Position numbers and translations under genes: made by a program. A stretch of 64,000 nt of DNA. Origin: Candidatus Giovannonibacteria bacterium RIFOXYD1_FULL_48_21 (lineage in GTDB: Bacteria; Patescibacteriota; Minisyncoccia; JACPKW01; UBA11713). Location: the NCBI GenBank assembly GCA_001778985.1, contig MFIU01000004.1, forward strand, positions 3,067 to 67,066, written 5' to 3'. How positions within the stretch are numbered: the first letter of the stretch is position 1; every line of letters begins with the position of its first letter. This document shows positions 28,543-37,899 of this stretch, piece by piece. Under the pieces are notes generated by a model, which ran no database searches, was not told the origin of the DNA, and was given only the letters and a program-made list of their open reading frames with translations.

Positions 28543-30075
28543 CTATCTAAATCTGACGGGAATTCTAATCTCGTCCGCGTTCTCCGGAAGGCCTGAAGGA
28601 TTGTCTTTTTCCAGAACCAAAAATCCAGTGTCGGTTTCCGGCGCGGGAAATTTCAATCCCAATTTAAACGGCACAAAATTTTCCGTCATCCACTCTCCAT
28701 CAGCTTGAGCCGGACCCCGCGCCAGAAGTTTGCCGTTGGCGTCGTAGAGCGAAACTGGGAAGGAAGCCTCGAAAAACCAAAATCCTCTGGCCTCGCCGCT
28801 AATCAGCAAGGGGCTTGTCACTATTTCGTTCGGCTTGGGACTTTGAACCTGAATCAAGTCAGATTTATTGCCACCATAAATTACTTTATAAATCACTCCG
28901 GCTTTGTCGTCCGAGATATAAATTATTCCTCCGGGCTGAATTAAAATATCCACCGGGCGGCCCAAAGCGCCCTGGGAAGTTAACCAACCGCTGATAAAAT
29001 CTTCTTCGCCAAGATAATTTCCTTTTTCGTCCAGCTTGTAGCGAACAATTTTATAGCCAGTCGGAACGCTCCTGTTCCAAGAACCATGGTAAGCCACTAA
29101 AAGATTGTGCCAATAATCTTCCGGCCAGCCTTCTTCCGGAAAAAAGGCCAGGCCCAAAGGCGCGGAGTGCGCCGGGATATCGATATGACTCGGCGTTTCA
29201 AACGGCTCCTCGCAGGGATTCCTGATATACGTCTTCTTGTCGAAATTCGTATCGTGAATATTTTTGCCGTAGCAAATCGGCCAGCCGTAATTCTTGCCCT
29301 CTTCTATTATATTAATCTCGTCCGGCGGCAAATCGTCGCCCAATAAATCCCGGCCCATCTCCGTGGCCCAGATTTTTCCGCTCACGGGATGAATCGCCAT
29401 AAAAACCGCATTTCGAAGTCCTCGGGCAAAGATGTTAAGTCCTTTTTCATCCTGGACCAAAATTTTTGCCCGTCGCCAATCCCTCTCCTCACAAACGTTG
29501 CAGGACGAGCCAACCGAAATTAAAAGCCGCCTGTCCTCCGGATAGGGCATAAACAAAAGCGTTCGGGTAAAATGATTTCCGTCGTCCGGCAGATCTGCGA
29601 TTTTCTCGGGTTTTAAAGCTTTGAGATTTTCAGCGTCATAATCATAAGATATGACCTGGTGAGATTCCGCAATAAAAAGTTTACAGCCCTCGGCCAGGCC
29701 CACGCATTTCAAAGACATTCCATGGGGCCGATTCAAGCCGGAGATTACGGTTACATTTTCGTCCGCTTTTCCGTCGCCGTTTTTGTCGGGCAGAGCAACT
29801 ATCTTTCCTTGCGAAGGAATGCTCACCAAAATATTTCCAGAGCTATCGTAAGTCATCACGCGAGGAGCCAGCAAATCTTTGGCAAAAATAGAAATCGAAA
29901 ATCCGGGCGGCAGTTTCAGGGGGAAGTCAGTATTATTTATGCTTTCGGATATATCTCCTGGAGAAGGTTTTATCGCCGGGCCGGCTCCCCGCAAATTCTT
30001 CCAAGCCCAAAATCCAGCCCAGCCCAAACCAGCCAAAATTAAAATCACTAAAATTGTTATGAAGATGTGCTTCAT
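28543..30075 (-). CDS. soluble PQQ-type glucose/sorbosone dehydrogenase-like beta-propeller protein
   Basis: N-terminal anchor. LLAPRVMTYDSSGNILVSIPSQGKIVAL...GLNRPHGMSL are SGDH-family blades. About 130-aa C-terminal extension. Confidence 0.6.
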   Translation of the reverse strand: MKHIFITILVILILAGLGWAGFWAWKNLRGAGPAIKPSPGDISESINNTDFPLKLPPGFSISIFAKDLLAPRVMTYDSSGNILVSIPSQGKIVALPDKNGDGKADENVTVISGLNRPHGMSLKCVGLAEGCKLFIAESHQVISYDYDAENLKALKPEKIADLPDDGNHFTRTLLFMPYPEDRRLLISVGSSCNVCEERDWRRAKILVQDEKGLNIFARGLRNAVFMAIHPVSGKIWATEMGRDLLGDDLPPDEINIIEEGKNYGWPICYGKNIHDTNFDKKTYIRNPCEEPFETPSHIDIPAHSAPLGLAFFPEEGWPEDYWHNLLVAYHGSWNRSVPTGYKIVRYKLDEKGNYLGEEDFISGWLTSQGALGRPVDILIQPGGIIYISDDKAGVIYKVIYGGNKSDLIQVQSPKPNEIVTSPLLISGEARGFWFFEASFPVSLYDANGKLLARGPAQADGEWMTENFVPFKLGLKFPAPETDTGFLVLEKDNPSGLPENADEIRIPVRFR

Positions 30076-31127
30076 TGCTCCAGTTTTTCTATTCTAACAC
30101 CTACGAGGCGAAAAAGCTTATTTTTAGGGTTCTCGCGCCTGTCCAGAAAAGGCAGGAAGAGCCGAAGAACCTCTGATTTTAGAATTTTGAAGTCAGAGGC
30201 GGGCTTTTGGAAAGTGCGCGAACGGGTTTTGGTTTCAAAATCGTGAAAGCGGACTTTCAAAACAATGGTCCGAAAAGTTTTCTGCTTCGATATATCGAAG
30301 CGCTGCCGCGCCTCGCGGCATAATTCGCCCAGCGTTTCCAAAAGGAGGACGGAGCTTCTGGTGTCATTTTCGAAAGTTTCCTCCTCGCCGATGGATTTTG
30401 CCTCCCGCTCGATCACCAGAGGGGTATCATCATGAAGAATTCTTTCGTATAAATCAGAGGGGAGGTCCTTCACAATTTTAATTCCTTTTTCTAAAAACTT
30501 CGCCTCGGTCTTGGGGCCAATGCCCGGGACTTTGCGAATCGGCAAAAATTTCAGAAAATTTTCAGCTCCCTCGCCCGTAACCACCGTGAGCCCGTCCGGC
30601 TTTTTAAAATCCGAGGCGATTTTGGCGATAAGTTTATTCGGCCCGATGCCGATGGAACAGGTAAGTTTTTCTTTCTCCAAAATTTCGTCTTTGATTTTTT
30701 TCGCGATTTTTTTTGCCTCCTTCCAAAGTTCGAAGTCCGACTTCGGGGGCTTCAGAAGTCGGACTTCTGATAGGCCCTGGACATCGGATGTCAAAATAAA
30801 GTAGGCCTCGTCCACGCCCGCCGTCTCCACCACTTGTGAGAATTTCCGCAAAATCTTCATTATTCTATCCGAAACTTCGGTATATTTTTTGAAATTACCC
30901 GCTAGAAAAATACAGCGGGGGCAAAGCTTGAACGCTTTGGAAATCGGCATGGCGGAATGAACGCCGTATTCGCGCGCTTTATAGTTGGCGGTTGAAACCA
31001 CGCCCCGGCCCTCGCCGCCTTTCGGGTCCGCGCCCACGACAATGGGCTTTCCGTGAAGCCACTCCCGGTCCCGCTCCTCCACCGCCGCGAAAAACGCGTC
31101 CATGTCTAAATGGCCCACGATTCGCAT
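30072..31127 (-). CDS. dinB: DNA polymerase IV (Y-family)
   Basis: MRIVGHLDMDAFFAAVEERD (compare E. coli DinB MRKIIHVDMDCFFAAVE). Little-finger domain present. Confidence 0.85.
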   Translation of the reverse strand: MRIVGHLDMDAFFAAVEERDREWLHGKPIVVGADPKGGEGRGVVSTANYKAREYGVHSAMPISKAFKLCPRCIFLAGNFKKYTEVSDRIMKILRKFSQVVETAGVDEAYFILTSDVQGLSEVRLLKPPKSDFELWKEAKKIAKKIKDEILEKEKLTCSIGIGPNKLIAKIASDFKKPDGLTVVTGEGAENFLKFLPIRKVPGIGPKTEAKFLEKGIKIVKDLPSDLYERILHDDTPLVIEREAKSIGEEETFENDTRSSVLLLETLGELCREARQRFDISKQKTFRTIVLKVRFHDFETKTRSRTFQKPASDFKILKSEVLRLFLPFLDRRENPKNKLFRLVGVRIEKLEQ

Positions 31128-31141
31128 GAGAAAATTATACG

Positions 31142-33694
31142 CTATGTCAGCTTCCGGTTATAGAACCATTTAATCAGTTCCACCAGGCCTATCTTGAAAA
31201 TCCCGAGGACAAAAATCGCGACAAGATGCTGGGGAGCCAGGGGCGTGGTTTTTAGGACCAAATTCAGCGCCGGCAAGTAAATGGCGAGACCCATCATCAA
31301 AAATCCTAAGGCTACGGCCGCCAAAAGATAGCGGTTCGACCAGAGCTCGGTTTTAAAAATCGGGCGGTCTAAAGATTTTAGTGAAAAAACATACATTAAA
31401 GAATCCGTTCCCAGGGCCGCGAAAATAAAAGTCCTCACGTACTCGAGCGGCAGTTTCGAAAATTCCAGAAAAAGCCAGAAGACGGCCAGAAGAACCAGGT
31501 CGGTGATTGCGCCGTAAGCAAAAGCTAAAGCCCGGCCTTTTTTGTCCAAAATCGGCTCCGCGCGCTTAATGGGTTTCCGCTTCATAATATTTTTATCCGC
31601 GCCTTCAAAGGCCAAAGCGAAGTTCGGCAGGCCGTCTTCAACCAGATTTGTCCATAAAATCTGCGCCGCAGTCAACGGCAAAGGAATGCGCAAAATCAAA
31701 GCTCCCAAGATTAAAATAATTTCAGTGAAACTTCCGGAGAGCAAAAAAATCGTAACCTTGCGGATATTGTCAAAAGCGGCGCGGCCGAAACGAATGGCGC
31801 TCACAATAGTGGCGAGGCTGTTTTCAACCAAAACCAAGTCCGCCGCCTCTTTAGTTACGTCCGTGCCGGAATTTAAGGCAATGCCGATATCCGCGAATTT
31901 CAGGGCCGGCGCGTCGTTAATGCCGTCACCGGTCACGGCCACCGCTTCTCCCCGCTCTTTCCACGCTTTCGCAATCCGCATTTTATGTTTGGGGTCCACG
32001 CGCGCGAAAATTTCAATGGCGCCGACTTTTTTCCGAAGCTCCTCGTCTGAAATTTTATCAAGCTCCGTTCCCTCCAAGACATTCTCGGCGGCGGTCCTAA
32101 AGCCCAGTTCCTCTCCGACCGTAACCGCGGTCAAGCGGTGGTCGCCGGTAAACATGATGGTCCTGACCCCGGCCCCCCTGACTTCGGCGATGGCGGCCTT
32201 AACTTCCTTGCGGATCGGGTCGCGAATCACGGCGAGCCCCAGAAAAGTCAGATTCTTCACCAGCCGCTGGAGTTCGACCTCGCCTTTCCCCGAAACCGCC
32301 TCCGGCGCCAGCGGCAAATCCTCTTCCGCGGCGGCGATTACTCTAAATCCTCTTTTCGCGAGCTCCTCGAATTCCCGCCGCATTTCCTCTTTTTCCGGAA
32401 AATCGCGGGAGAGCGACAAAACAATTTCCGGCGCGCCGGAAACAAAAACTCTGCCGGTGTGAAACGAAGCCAAAAATTTTCTCGAAGAATCAAACGGCAA
32501 AAAATTTATCCGCGGAAGCGTTTCCAGAATTTTTTTTAAATCGAATCCTTTATCCAAAAAGGCCTCGAGCTTGGCCTGGTCCGTGGCTTCGCCTTTCACT
32601 ACCCCTCTCTCTACCAGCGCTTCGTTCGCCAGGGCGAGGGCCAGCAAAGTTCTGTCAGAGGCGGCTTTCGAAATTATTTTCTCGACTTTCATCCGGCCTT
32701 CGGTCAAAGTTCCGGTTTTATCCGCCAAAAGCACCGAGACCGAACCCAGAGTTTCGGCCGCGAGAAGTTTTTTGACCAAACCGTTATTCTGGAAAATATT
32801 TTTGCTGGAAATCGCGAGAATCACGGCGATGGCCGCCGGCAGGCCCTCCGGAATCGCGGCCACGGCCACGGCCACGGCGGTTACGAAAATCTGATAAAAT
32901 TCAAACTCTTCCCAAACGCCAACGCCCACGATTATCAAAGCGGCCAGAAGCACGATGACGCTCAAAAAATTACCGAGGCGGGCGATTCTTTCCTGAAGCG
33001 GCGTCTGGTCCTCATGGGACTTTTGAGTGAGCTCGGCGATCTCTCCGATCTGGGTAGATTTTCCGGTAGCCGTGACCACGGCTTCGCCCTCTCCTTTCTC
33101 CGCGGAAGTTCCCGCGAAAAGCATATTTTTACGCTCCGCGGTCGGAACTTCGGCCGAAATTTTTTCTATATTTTTTTTAACGGGGGAAGATTCTCCGGTC
33201 AGAAGGGCTTCGTCCGTAAAAAGTTCTTTGACTGAAAAAAGGCGGGCGTCCGCCGGAATTTTCATTCCGTTTTTAATCAAAATCACGTCCCCCGGCACAA
33301 GCTCGCTGGAATCCAGCTCCCGAACCTCTCCTCCTCTTCTGACCCGGGCCGTAACTCTGACTCGGGCGGAGAGTTTTTCCAAAATCTGACTCGAAGAATA
33401 TTCCTGATAAAAACCGATGCCGACGTTAACCGCCACCGCCGTAAGAATAATGGCCGTATCAAAAAACTCTTTTATCCAAAAAGAAAGCGCTCCCGCGATT
33501 AAAAGAATGTAGACGAGCGGACTTTTGAACTGCGAAACTAGAAAGCCAAGAAGCCTAAACCCTTTTTCGCGGAGAAGCTCGTTCGGTCCGTATTTCTTAA
33601 GCCGCTTTCGCGCCTCTTCGTCCGAAAGCCCTTCCGGCGAAGTCGCGAACGATTTTAAAACCTCCGCCCCCGAAAATTGGTAGAAGCCAGCCAT
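31142..33694 (-). CDS. cation-transporting P-type ATPase (P2/P3-like)
   Basis: Phosphorylation motif DKTGTLT, hinge TGDGINDAPAL and MFTGD. Ten TM helices. Confidence 0.85.
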   Translation of the reverse strand: MAGFYQFSGAEVLKSFATSPEGLSDEEARKRLKKYGPNELLREKGFRLLGFLVSQFKSPLVYILLIAGALSFWIKEFFDTAIILTAVAVNVGIGFYQEYSSSQILEKLSARVRVTARVRRGGEVRELDSSELVPGDVILIKNGMKIPADARLFSVKELFTDEALLTGESSPVKKNIEKISAEVPTAERKNMLFAGTSAEKGEGEAVVTATGKSTQIGEIAELTQKSHEDQTPLQERIARLGNFLSVIVLLAALIIVGVGVWEEFEFYQIFVTAVAVAVAAIPEGLPAAIAVILAISSKNIFQNNGLVKKLLAAETLGSVSVLLADKTGTLTEGRMKVEKIISKAASDRTLLALALANEALVERGVVKGEATDQAKLEAFLDKGFDLKKILETLPRINFLPFDSSRKFLASFHTGRVFVSGAPEIVLSLSRDFPEKEEMRREFEELAKRGFRVIAAAEEDLPLAPEAVSGKGEVELQRLVKNLTFLGLAVIRDPIRKEVKAAIAEVRGAGVRTIMFTGDHRLTAVTVGEELGFRTAAENVLEGTELDKISDEELRKKVGAIEIFARVDPKHKMRIAKAWKERGEAVAVTGDGINDAPALKFADIGIALNSGTDVTKEAADLVLVENSLATIVSAIRFGRAAFDNIRKVTIFLLSGSFTEIILILGALILRIPLPLTAAQILWTNLVEDGLPNFALAFEGADKNIMKRKPIKRAEPILDKKGRALAFAYGAITDLVLLAVFWLFLEFSKLPLEYVRTFIFAALGTDSLMYVFSLKSLDRPIFKTELWSNRYLLAAVALGFLMMGLAIYLPALNLVLKTTPLAPQHLVAIFVLGIFKIGLVELIKWFYNRKLT

Positions 33695-33700
33695 GCCATA

Positions 33701-34297
33701 TTACAAAATTAACGAGGCCACCAAAAAGTAAACAAGCAAAGCCAGAATGTCCTGCACGATGGTGGTAAAAGGTCCCGCCCCCACGGCCGGATCTTTGCCG
33801 AAACTCCTCAAAAGAAGAGGCACGAAAGTCGCAATGAGTACGGCAAATATTGAACTTATAATCATGGAAACTCCAACGATGGCGGCGACAGAAACATCAT
33901 CAAAAACCAAAACCGCATAGAAATAAAGAAGGACACTCAAGACCGCGCCCATGAAAAAACCTATTATAGTTTCTTTAAAAAGATATTTTTTTAAATTGAT
34001 TTTTTCAATCGCGAGCGCCCGAATAAACAAGGTTTCAGTCTGCGTGCCGACCGCGTCTGACATATACACAATAACGGGGATGAAGAAAGCCAGAGCTAGC
34101 TTTTGTTCCAGCGCCCCTTCAAAAAATCGCACAATCAAGGTGGCGATGATTCCGCCCAAAAGCCCCACCAAAAGCCAGGGCAGCCTAAGTTTCAACAAGC
34201 GCGAGATGCTGAACTTCACGATGTCCGTAATCGGCTCTTTGGCGAGGTGCCCCAGCGCTTTATGGTGATGAATCTGTGGTCTTTCTTCGAACATCAA
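33701..34297 (-). CDS. MgtE-family divalent-cation transporter, membrane domain only
   Basis: 198-aa all-TM protein with FTTIVQDILALLVYF-type MgtE C-terminal helices. Lacks the N-terminal CBS domains. Confidence 0.5.
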   Translation of the reverse strand: MMFEERPQIHHHKALGHLAKEPITDIVKFSISRLLKLRLPWLLVGLLGGIIATLIVRFFEGALEQKLALAFFIPVIVYMSDAVGTQTETLFIRALAIEKINLKKYLFKETIIGFFMGAVLSVLLYFYAVLVFDDVSVAAIVGVSMIISSIFAVLIATFVPLLLRSFGKDPAVGAGPFTTIVQDILALLVYFLVASLIL

Positions 34298-34300
34298 TTA

Positions 34301-34486
34301 TTAGCAAAACTCGCAGACTTTGTCGGCTTTTTCTTTATGCTCCCCTTTGGAAGCGTCCCCGCAGCACTCTTTACAGCAAAAAGCGCTTCCCTCCAGCACA
34401 AAAGCTCCTTCGGACTTCTTTTTCTTTTTGCCGCATTTCGCGCAAGTGTAAATTTCCGGTTCTAACGTTTGGTGATTTGTTTCCAT
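34301..34486 (-). CDS. Cys-rich miniprotein (9 Cys in 62 aa), putative metal binding
   Basis: METNHQTLEPEIYTCAKCGKKKKKSEGAFVLEGSAFCCKECCGDASKGEHKEKADKVCEFC, adjacent to the cation ATPase/MgtE genes. Confidence 0.45.
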   Translation of the reverse strand: METNHQTLEPEIYTCAKCGKKKKKSEGAFVLEGSAFCCKECCGDASKGEHKEKADKVCEFC

Positions 34487-34608
34487 AGAAAAATTATTAG
34501 CAAAACTCCGGCCACCACCCAGACGATGGCTCCGAGGCCCAAAAACCATCCCCAGAAGCCGAAGTCGCTCATCATCCCATACCCGCCAAAACCTCCATAA
34601 CCCATCAT
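34462..34608 (-). CDS. Gly-rich single-TM miniprotein
   Basis: MMGYGGFGGYGMMSDFGFWGWFLGLGAIVWVVAGVLLIIFLWKQITKR. Start uncertain. Overlaps the previous ORF by about 25 nt. Confidence 0.3.
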   Translation of the reverse strand: MMGYGGFGGYGMMSDFGFWGWFLGLGAIVWVVAGVLLIIFLWKQITKR

Positions 34609-34736
34609 AATATTATTTAAATTAATATTTAATAAAGACCTTATACAAATAATAACACCACTTGAGAAAAAACGCATTCCTCTTTATAGTAAGTTATTGC
34701 ATTCCCCGGTAGCTCAGCGGTAGAGCGACTCCCTGT

Positions 34737-35291
34737 GGAGAAAGTTCATTAAGTCTAGTGGTATACTTCAGTGAGTATGCCAGACAAAAGAACTTATGCC
34801 GATCGTGCAAAGTACTTAAGCAAGTACGTATCAAAACGCCGAAAGAAGCTGAAACAGATGGTTGTAGCATATAAGGGTGGTAAGTGCGTGCTTTGCGGGT
34901 ATAGCAAGTACGAAGGCGCATTTGATCTTCATCATATTGATGAGTCAAAAAAAGAATTCGGCTTATCGACAAGAGGCCTGACAAGATCTTGGGAAAAGAC
35001 AAAACGAGAAGCCGATAAGTGCGTTTTAGTATGTGCTAATTGTCATCGCGAATTGCACGGTGGTATTACGCAGCTTTCCGCCGCAAGGCGGATTGAAAAA
35101 CGAGGTGAATTGCTGGAAACCTAAATCCTTTTGGACAAGGCAATCAGCAGCCAAGTCCCGCCATCGGCGGGAAAGGTTCAGAGACTATCTCGAAAGAGAG
35201 TAGTCCGACACAAAGTCGGACGAAGCGCCTCGCCCCTGCAAAATCAGGGTGATGATATAGTCCACCCCCATAAGAAATTTTGGGACAAGTG
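34737..35291 (+). mobile_element. group I intron with HNH homing endonuclease ORF
   Basis: Core segment CAGCAGCCAAGTCC...GTTCAGAGACTATCTCGAAAGAGAGTAGTCCGACACAAAGTCGGACG matches group I P6/P7/P3/P8 consensus (compare Tetrahymena GUUCACAGACUAAAUGUCGGUCGG). Confidence 0.75.
34777..35124 (+). CDS. HNH homing endonuclease (intron-encoded)
   Basis: CVLCGYSKYEGAFDLHHID...CANCHRELH, an HNH motif with flanking Zn-binding Cys pairs. Confidence 0.75.
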   Translation: MPDKRTYADRAKYLSKYVSKRRKKLKQMVVAYKGGKCVLCGYSKYEGAFDLHHIDESKKEFGLSTRGLTRSWEKTKREADKCVLVCANCHRELHGGITQLSAARRIEKRGELLET

Positions 35292-35350
35292 TAAGGAGTG
35301 GGTCGCAGGTTCGAATCCTGCCCGGGGAGCCAAGAAACTAGATACGAACT

Positions 35351-35560
35351 ATGTCAAAGCAAGAAGCGACAATCGGCGAGAATATAAAGAAATACCGAAA
35401 CAAGCTCGGCATTTCTCAAGATGTCCTCTCAAAAAGGGCAAACCTTGCTTTTCATACCATCGCCAAGATTGAAGCGGGAGCGACGCCGAACCCGACCATT
35501 GAAACTGTTAAGAAAATCACGGATGCGCTCGGCGTATCGCTTGATGATTTAATGAAATAA
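35351..35560 (+). CDS. XRE-family HTH regulator (candidate RM controller protein)
   Basis: IGENIKKYRNKLGISQDVLSKRANLAFHTIAKIEAG is a Cro/C1-type HTH. The stop is translationally coupled to the next gene. Confidence 0.7.
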   Translation: MSKQEATIGENIKKYRNKLGISQDVLSKRANLAFHTIAKIEAGATPNPTIETVKKITDALGVSLDDLMK

Positions 35561-35561
35561 T

Positions 35562-35894
35562 ATGTCCGAGAGCCAAAAGAAAACAATCAAAGATTTACCA
35601 GAGGACGAGCGGCCGCGCGAGAAATTATTAAAATACGGCGCTGATAAATTGAGCAACACGGAACTTCTCGCCATACTCTTGCGGACTGGCACAAAGGGGA
35701 AATCAGCGATTGATATGGCGGAGGAAATTTTGAAAAGCGCCGGCGGCACATTTAAAGGTTTGGCCGGAAAAGACACAGAAGATATTACCAAAATGCTGGG
35801 CCTAAAAAATGCTAAAGTTGCTACGGTCGCCGCTGCTTTAGAAATTTCGCGTCGTGTTTCCAAGCAGATATTAAAAGATAAAGGAATTATCTAA
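35562..35894 (+). CDS. RadC-like (UPF0758) N-terminal HhH domain only, no JAB/MPN domain
   Basis: DLPEDERPREKLLKYGADKLSNTELLAILLRTGTKGKSAIDMAEEIL matches the RadC N-terminal signature. The ORF ends at 110 aa. Confidence 0.55.
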   Translation: MSESQKKTIKDLPEDERPREKLLKYGADKLSNTELLAILLRTGTKGKSAIDMAEEILKSAGGTFKGLAGKDTEDITKMLGLKNAKVATVAAALEISRRVSKQILKDKGII

Positions 35895-35895
35895 T

Positions 35896-37890
35896 ATGCC
35901 AAAACTACCTGATCCATTTTCTACAAAACCGACCAAAGAGCAGATTCAGACAACGCGCGAGATTTTGGACGCTATTTTTAAAGACCCCCAAGTCAAATAC
36001 GGCTTGCGGGAGTTTTCGAAACTAAAAATAGAGGAAGCTATCACGATTTTTGAAAAAGAAAAAGACAAATTTTATATCCACTGCCTCAAACGCGATAAAG
36101 ATATTGCGGTTTATGACAAAAGCAAAAATACCGGCAAGCCGGAAGAAATTATCCGTCAGCTTTGGCTTGTCAGATTGATTAGAGATTATCGCTACCCCCC
36201 CGATAGAATTGATGTTGAGGTTGACGTACATTTCGGCACAGAAGTCCACAGAAAAGCCGCCGATATAATGATTTACCAGGACGATAAGGAAACGCCCTAC
36301 ATTGTTTTTGAATTAAAGAAGCCGAAAGTTGAAGACGGGATAGATCAGTTAAAAAGCTATCTAAACTCCAAAGGTTCGCCGATTGGTGTTTGGTCCAACG
36401 GAAACGAGCGGGTTATTCTTTATCGTCCCTATCCGAAAAAATTTGAAAACAACTTGCGGGCAATCCCTCGCGTTGACCAGACAATTGAGGATGTTCTGGA
36501 AGAACGGCTTACCTTGGAAAAATTGACCTCCGACTATGATTTGAGCGAGCGCATTAAAATTTTGGAGGAACTGGTGCTTGCTAATGCCGGAGTTGATGTC
36601 TTCCAGGAAGTTTTCAAACTCATTTACGCAAAACTTTATGATGAAAAAGAAGCGCGCTCGCGCCCGGACAAAGAGGTTTATTTCCGAATGTCCAAGGACC
36701 CGAAATTTACTTTTGACATTGTTAATCGGCTATTCAAGGAATCTGTTTTGGAGTGGCCGGGAATTTTTACTCCTCACGATGAACTTCAATTATCACCCGA
36801 ACATCTTGCCGTTTGCGTTTCAGAGTTGGAAGACATAAAACTCCTTGATTCAAGCTTGGAAATTATTGACACCGCTTTTGAATATCTTTTGCCGGAAGTG
36901 GCGAAAGGCAAAAAAGGACAATACTTTACGCCTCGCCATGTGATTGATATGGCGGTAAAAATGCTCAATCCGCGCGATAAAGAATACATTGTTGACCCAG
37001 CGGCAGGGTCGGGCGGCTTTCTTATCCACGCTATGCAGTGGGTTTGGAGCCATGACTTGAAAGAAACGCCGCACGAAAAGCAGGTTGACTATGCCCGCCG
37101 GTATCTTTTCGGCATTGATTTTGACGATAAGCCGGTAAAAATCTCCCGCGCCTTGATGCTTATTGCCGGAGACGGCCGCTCGCATATTTTCAAACTTAAT
37201 TCTCTTAATCCGAAAGAATGGCAAGGTTCTGACTCTGAAAAAGAAAATGCGAGAGCAGAACTTCGCAAACTACTTCTTAAAACCGGTGATTACGAAGCAG
37301 ACCGAAACAACGAGGAAAATTTCCGCAGTTTTGCTTTTGATGTTTTACTTACCAATCCGCCGTTTGCCGGAAAAATCAAAGAGCAAATGCTATTGCGAGA
37401 GTATGAACTAGCCAAAAACAAAAAAGGTAAAATTCCTAAACAAGTCGGCCGCGATCTTCTTTTCATTGAGCGGGCGCTTCAACTAATAAAGCCCGGCGGG
37501 CGTTTAGCAATCGTCCTCCCCCAAGGCAAGCTAAACAACACGAATACCGAATACATCCGCCAGTGGTTGTTAGGTAGGGCGCGAGTTTTAGCGGTTGTCG
37601 GATTGCATGGTAACACCTTCAAACCGCATACCGGCACTAAAACCTCTCTATTATTTTTGCAGAAATGGGGCGGCGAAGCCGGAAGGCCAGAAGACGATTA
37701 CCCAATTTTTATGGCAACTTCCAAAAACTCTGGAAAAGATAATTCCGGAGAATATGTCTATAAAAAAGATGCGAAAGGAAATTTTGTTTTGGACGAACGC
37801 GGCCGCCGAATTTTACATCACGACTTGGATGAAGTTGCCGAGACATTCGTCAAATTCGCCAAAGAACAAAAATTTAGTTTTTGGAAATAA
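35896..37890 (+). CDS. restriction-modification protein: HsdR_N-like PD-(D/E)xK nuclease domain fused to gamma-class N6-adenine DNA methyltransferase (HsdM / type IIB A-subunit-like)
   Basis: N-terminal ADIMIYQDDKETPYIVFELKKPKVEDGIDQLKSY (D...ELK pattern of HsdR_N). MTase motif I VDPAAGSGGFL and motif IV LLTNPPF. Confidence 0.75.
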   Translation: MPKLPDPFSTKPTKEQIQTTREILDAIFKDPQVKYGLREFSKLKIEEAITIFEKEKDKFYIHCLKRDKDIAVYDKSKNTGKPEEIIRQLWLVRLIRDYRYPPDRIDVEVDVHFGTEVHRKAADIMIYQDDKETPYIVFELKKPKVEDGIDQLKSYLNSKGSPIGVWSNGNERVILYRPYPKKFENNLRAIPRVDQTIEDVLEERLTLEKLTSDYDLSERIKILEELVLANAGVDVFQEVFKLIYAKLYDEKEARSRPDKEVYFRMSKDPKFTFDIVNRLFKESVLEWPGIFTPHDELQLSPEHLAVCVSELEDIKLLDSSLEIIDTAFEYLLPEVAKGKKGQYFTPRHVIDMAVKMLNPRDKEYIVDPAAGSGGFLIHAMQWVWSHDLKETPHEKQVDYARRYLFGIDFDDKPVKISRALMLIAGDGRSHIFKLNSLNPKEWQGSDSEKENARAELRKLLLKTGDYEADRNNEENFRSFAFDVLLTNPPFAGKIKEQMLLREYELAKNKKGKIPKQVGRDLLFIERALQLIKPGGRLAIVLPQGKLNNTNTEYIRQWLLGRARVLAVVGLHGNTFKPHTGTKTSLLFLQKWGGEAGRPEDDYPIFMATSKNSGKDNSGEYVYKKDAKGNFVLDERGRRILHHDLDEVAETFVKFAKEQKFSFWK

Positions 37891-37899
37891 ATTACTCTT

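Larger units (their letters stand above)
34703..35332 (+). tRNA. tRNA-Asn (GUU) interrupted by a 555-nt group I intron after anticodon position 35
   Basis: Exon 1 (34703..34736) TCCCCGGTAGCTCAGCGGTAGAGCGACTCCCTGT plus exon 2 (35292..35332) TAAGGAGTGGGTCGCAGGTTCGAATCCTGCCCGGGGAGCCA gives a perfect cloverleaf. It has U1-A72, G73 and anticodon loop CUGUUAA as in bacterial tRNA-Asn. Exon 1 ends in U and the intron ends in G. Confidence 0.8.

Noticed and set aside
31542-32462. 306-aa plus-strand ORF (and 32138..32539, 32571..32894, 33027..33389)
   Set aside because: Antisense to the well-supported P-type ATPase gene. Ser/Ala/Pro-rich low-complexity translation typical of GC-rich antisense frames.
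35131-35472. 113-aa plus-strand ORF
   Set aside because: Spans the group I intron 3' core, tRNA-Asn exon 2 and the XRE start. Explained by those features.
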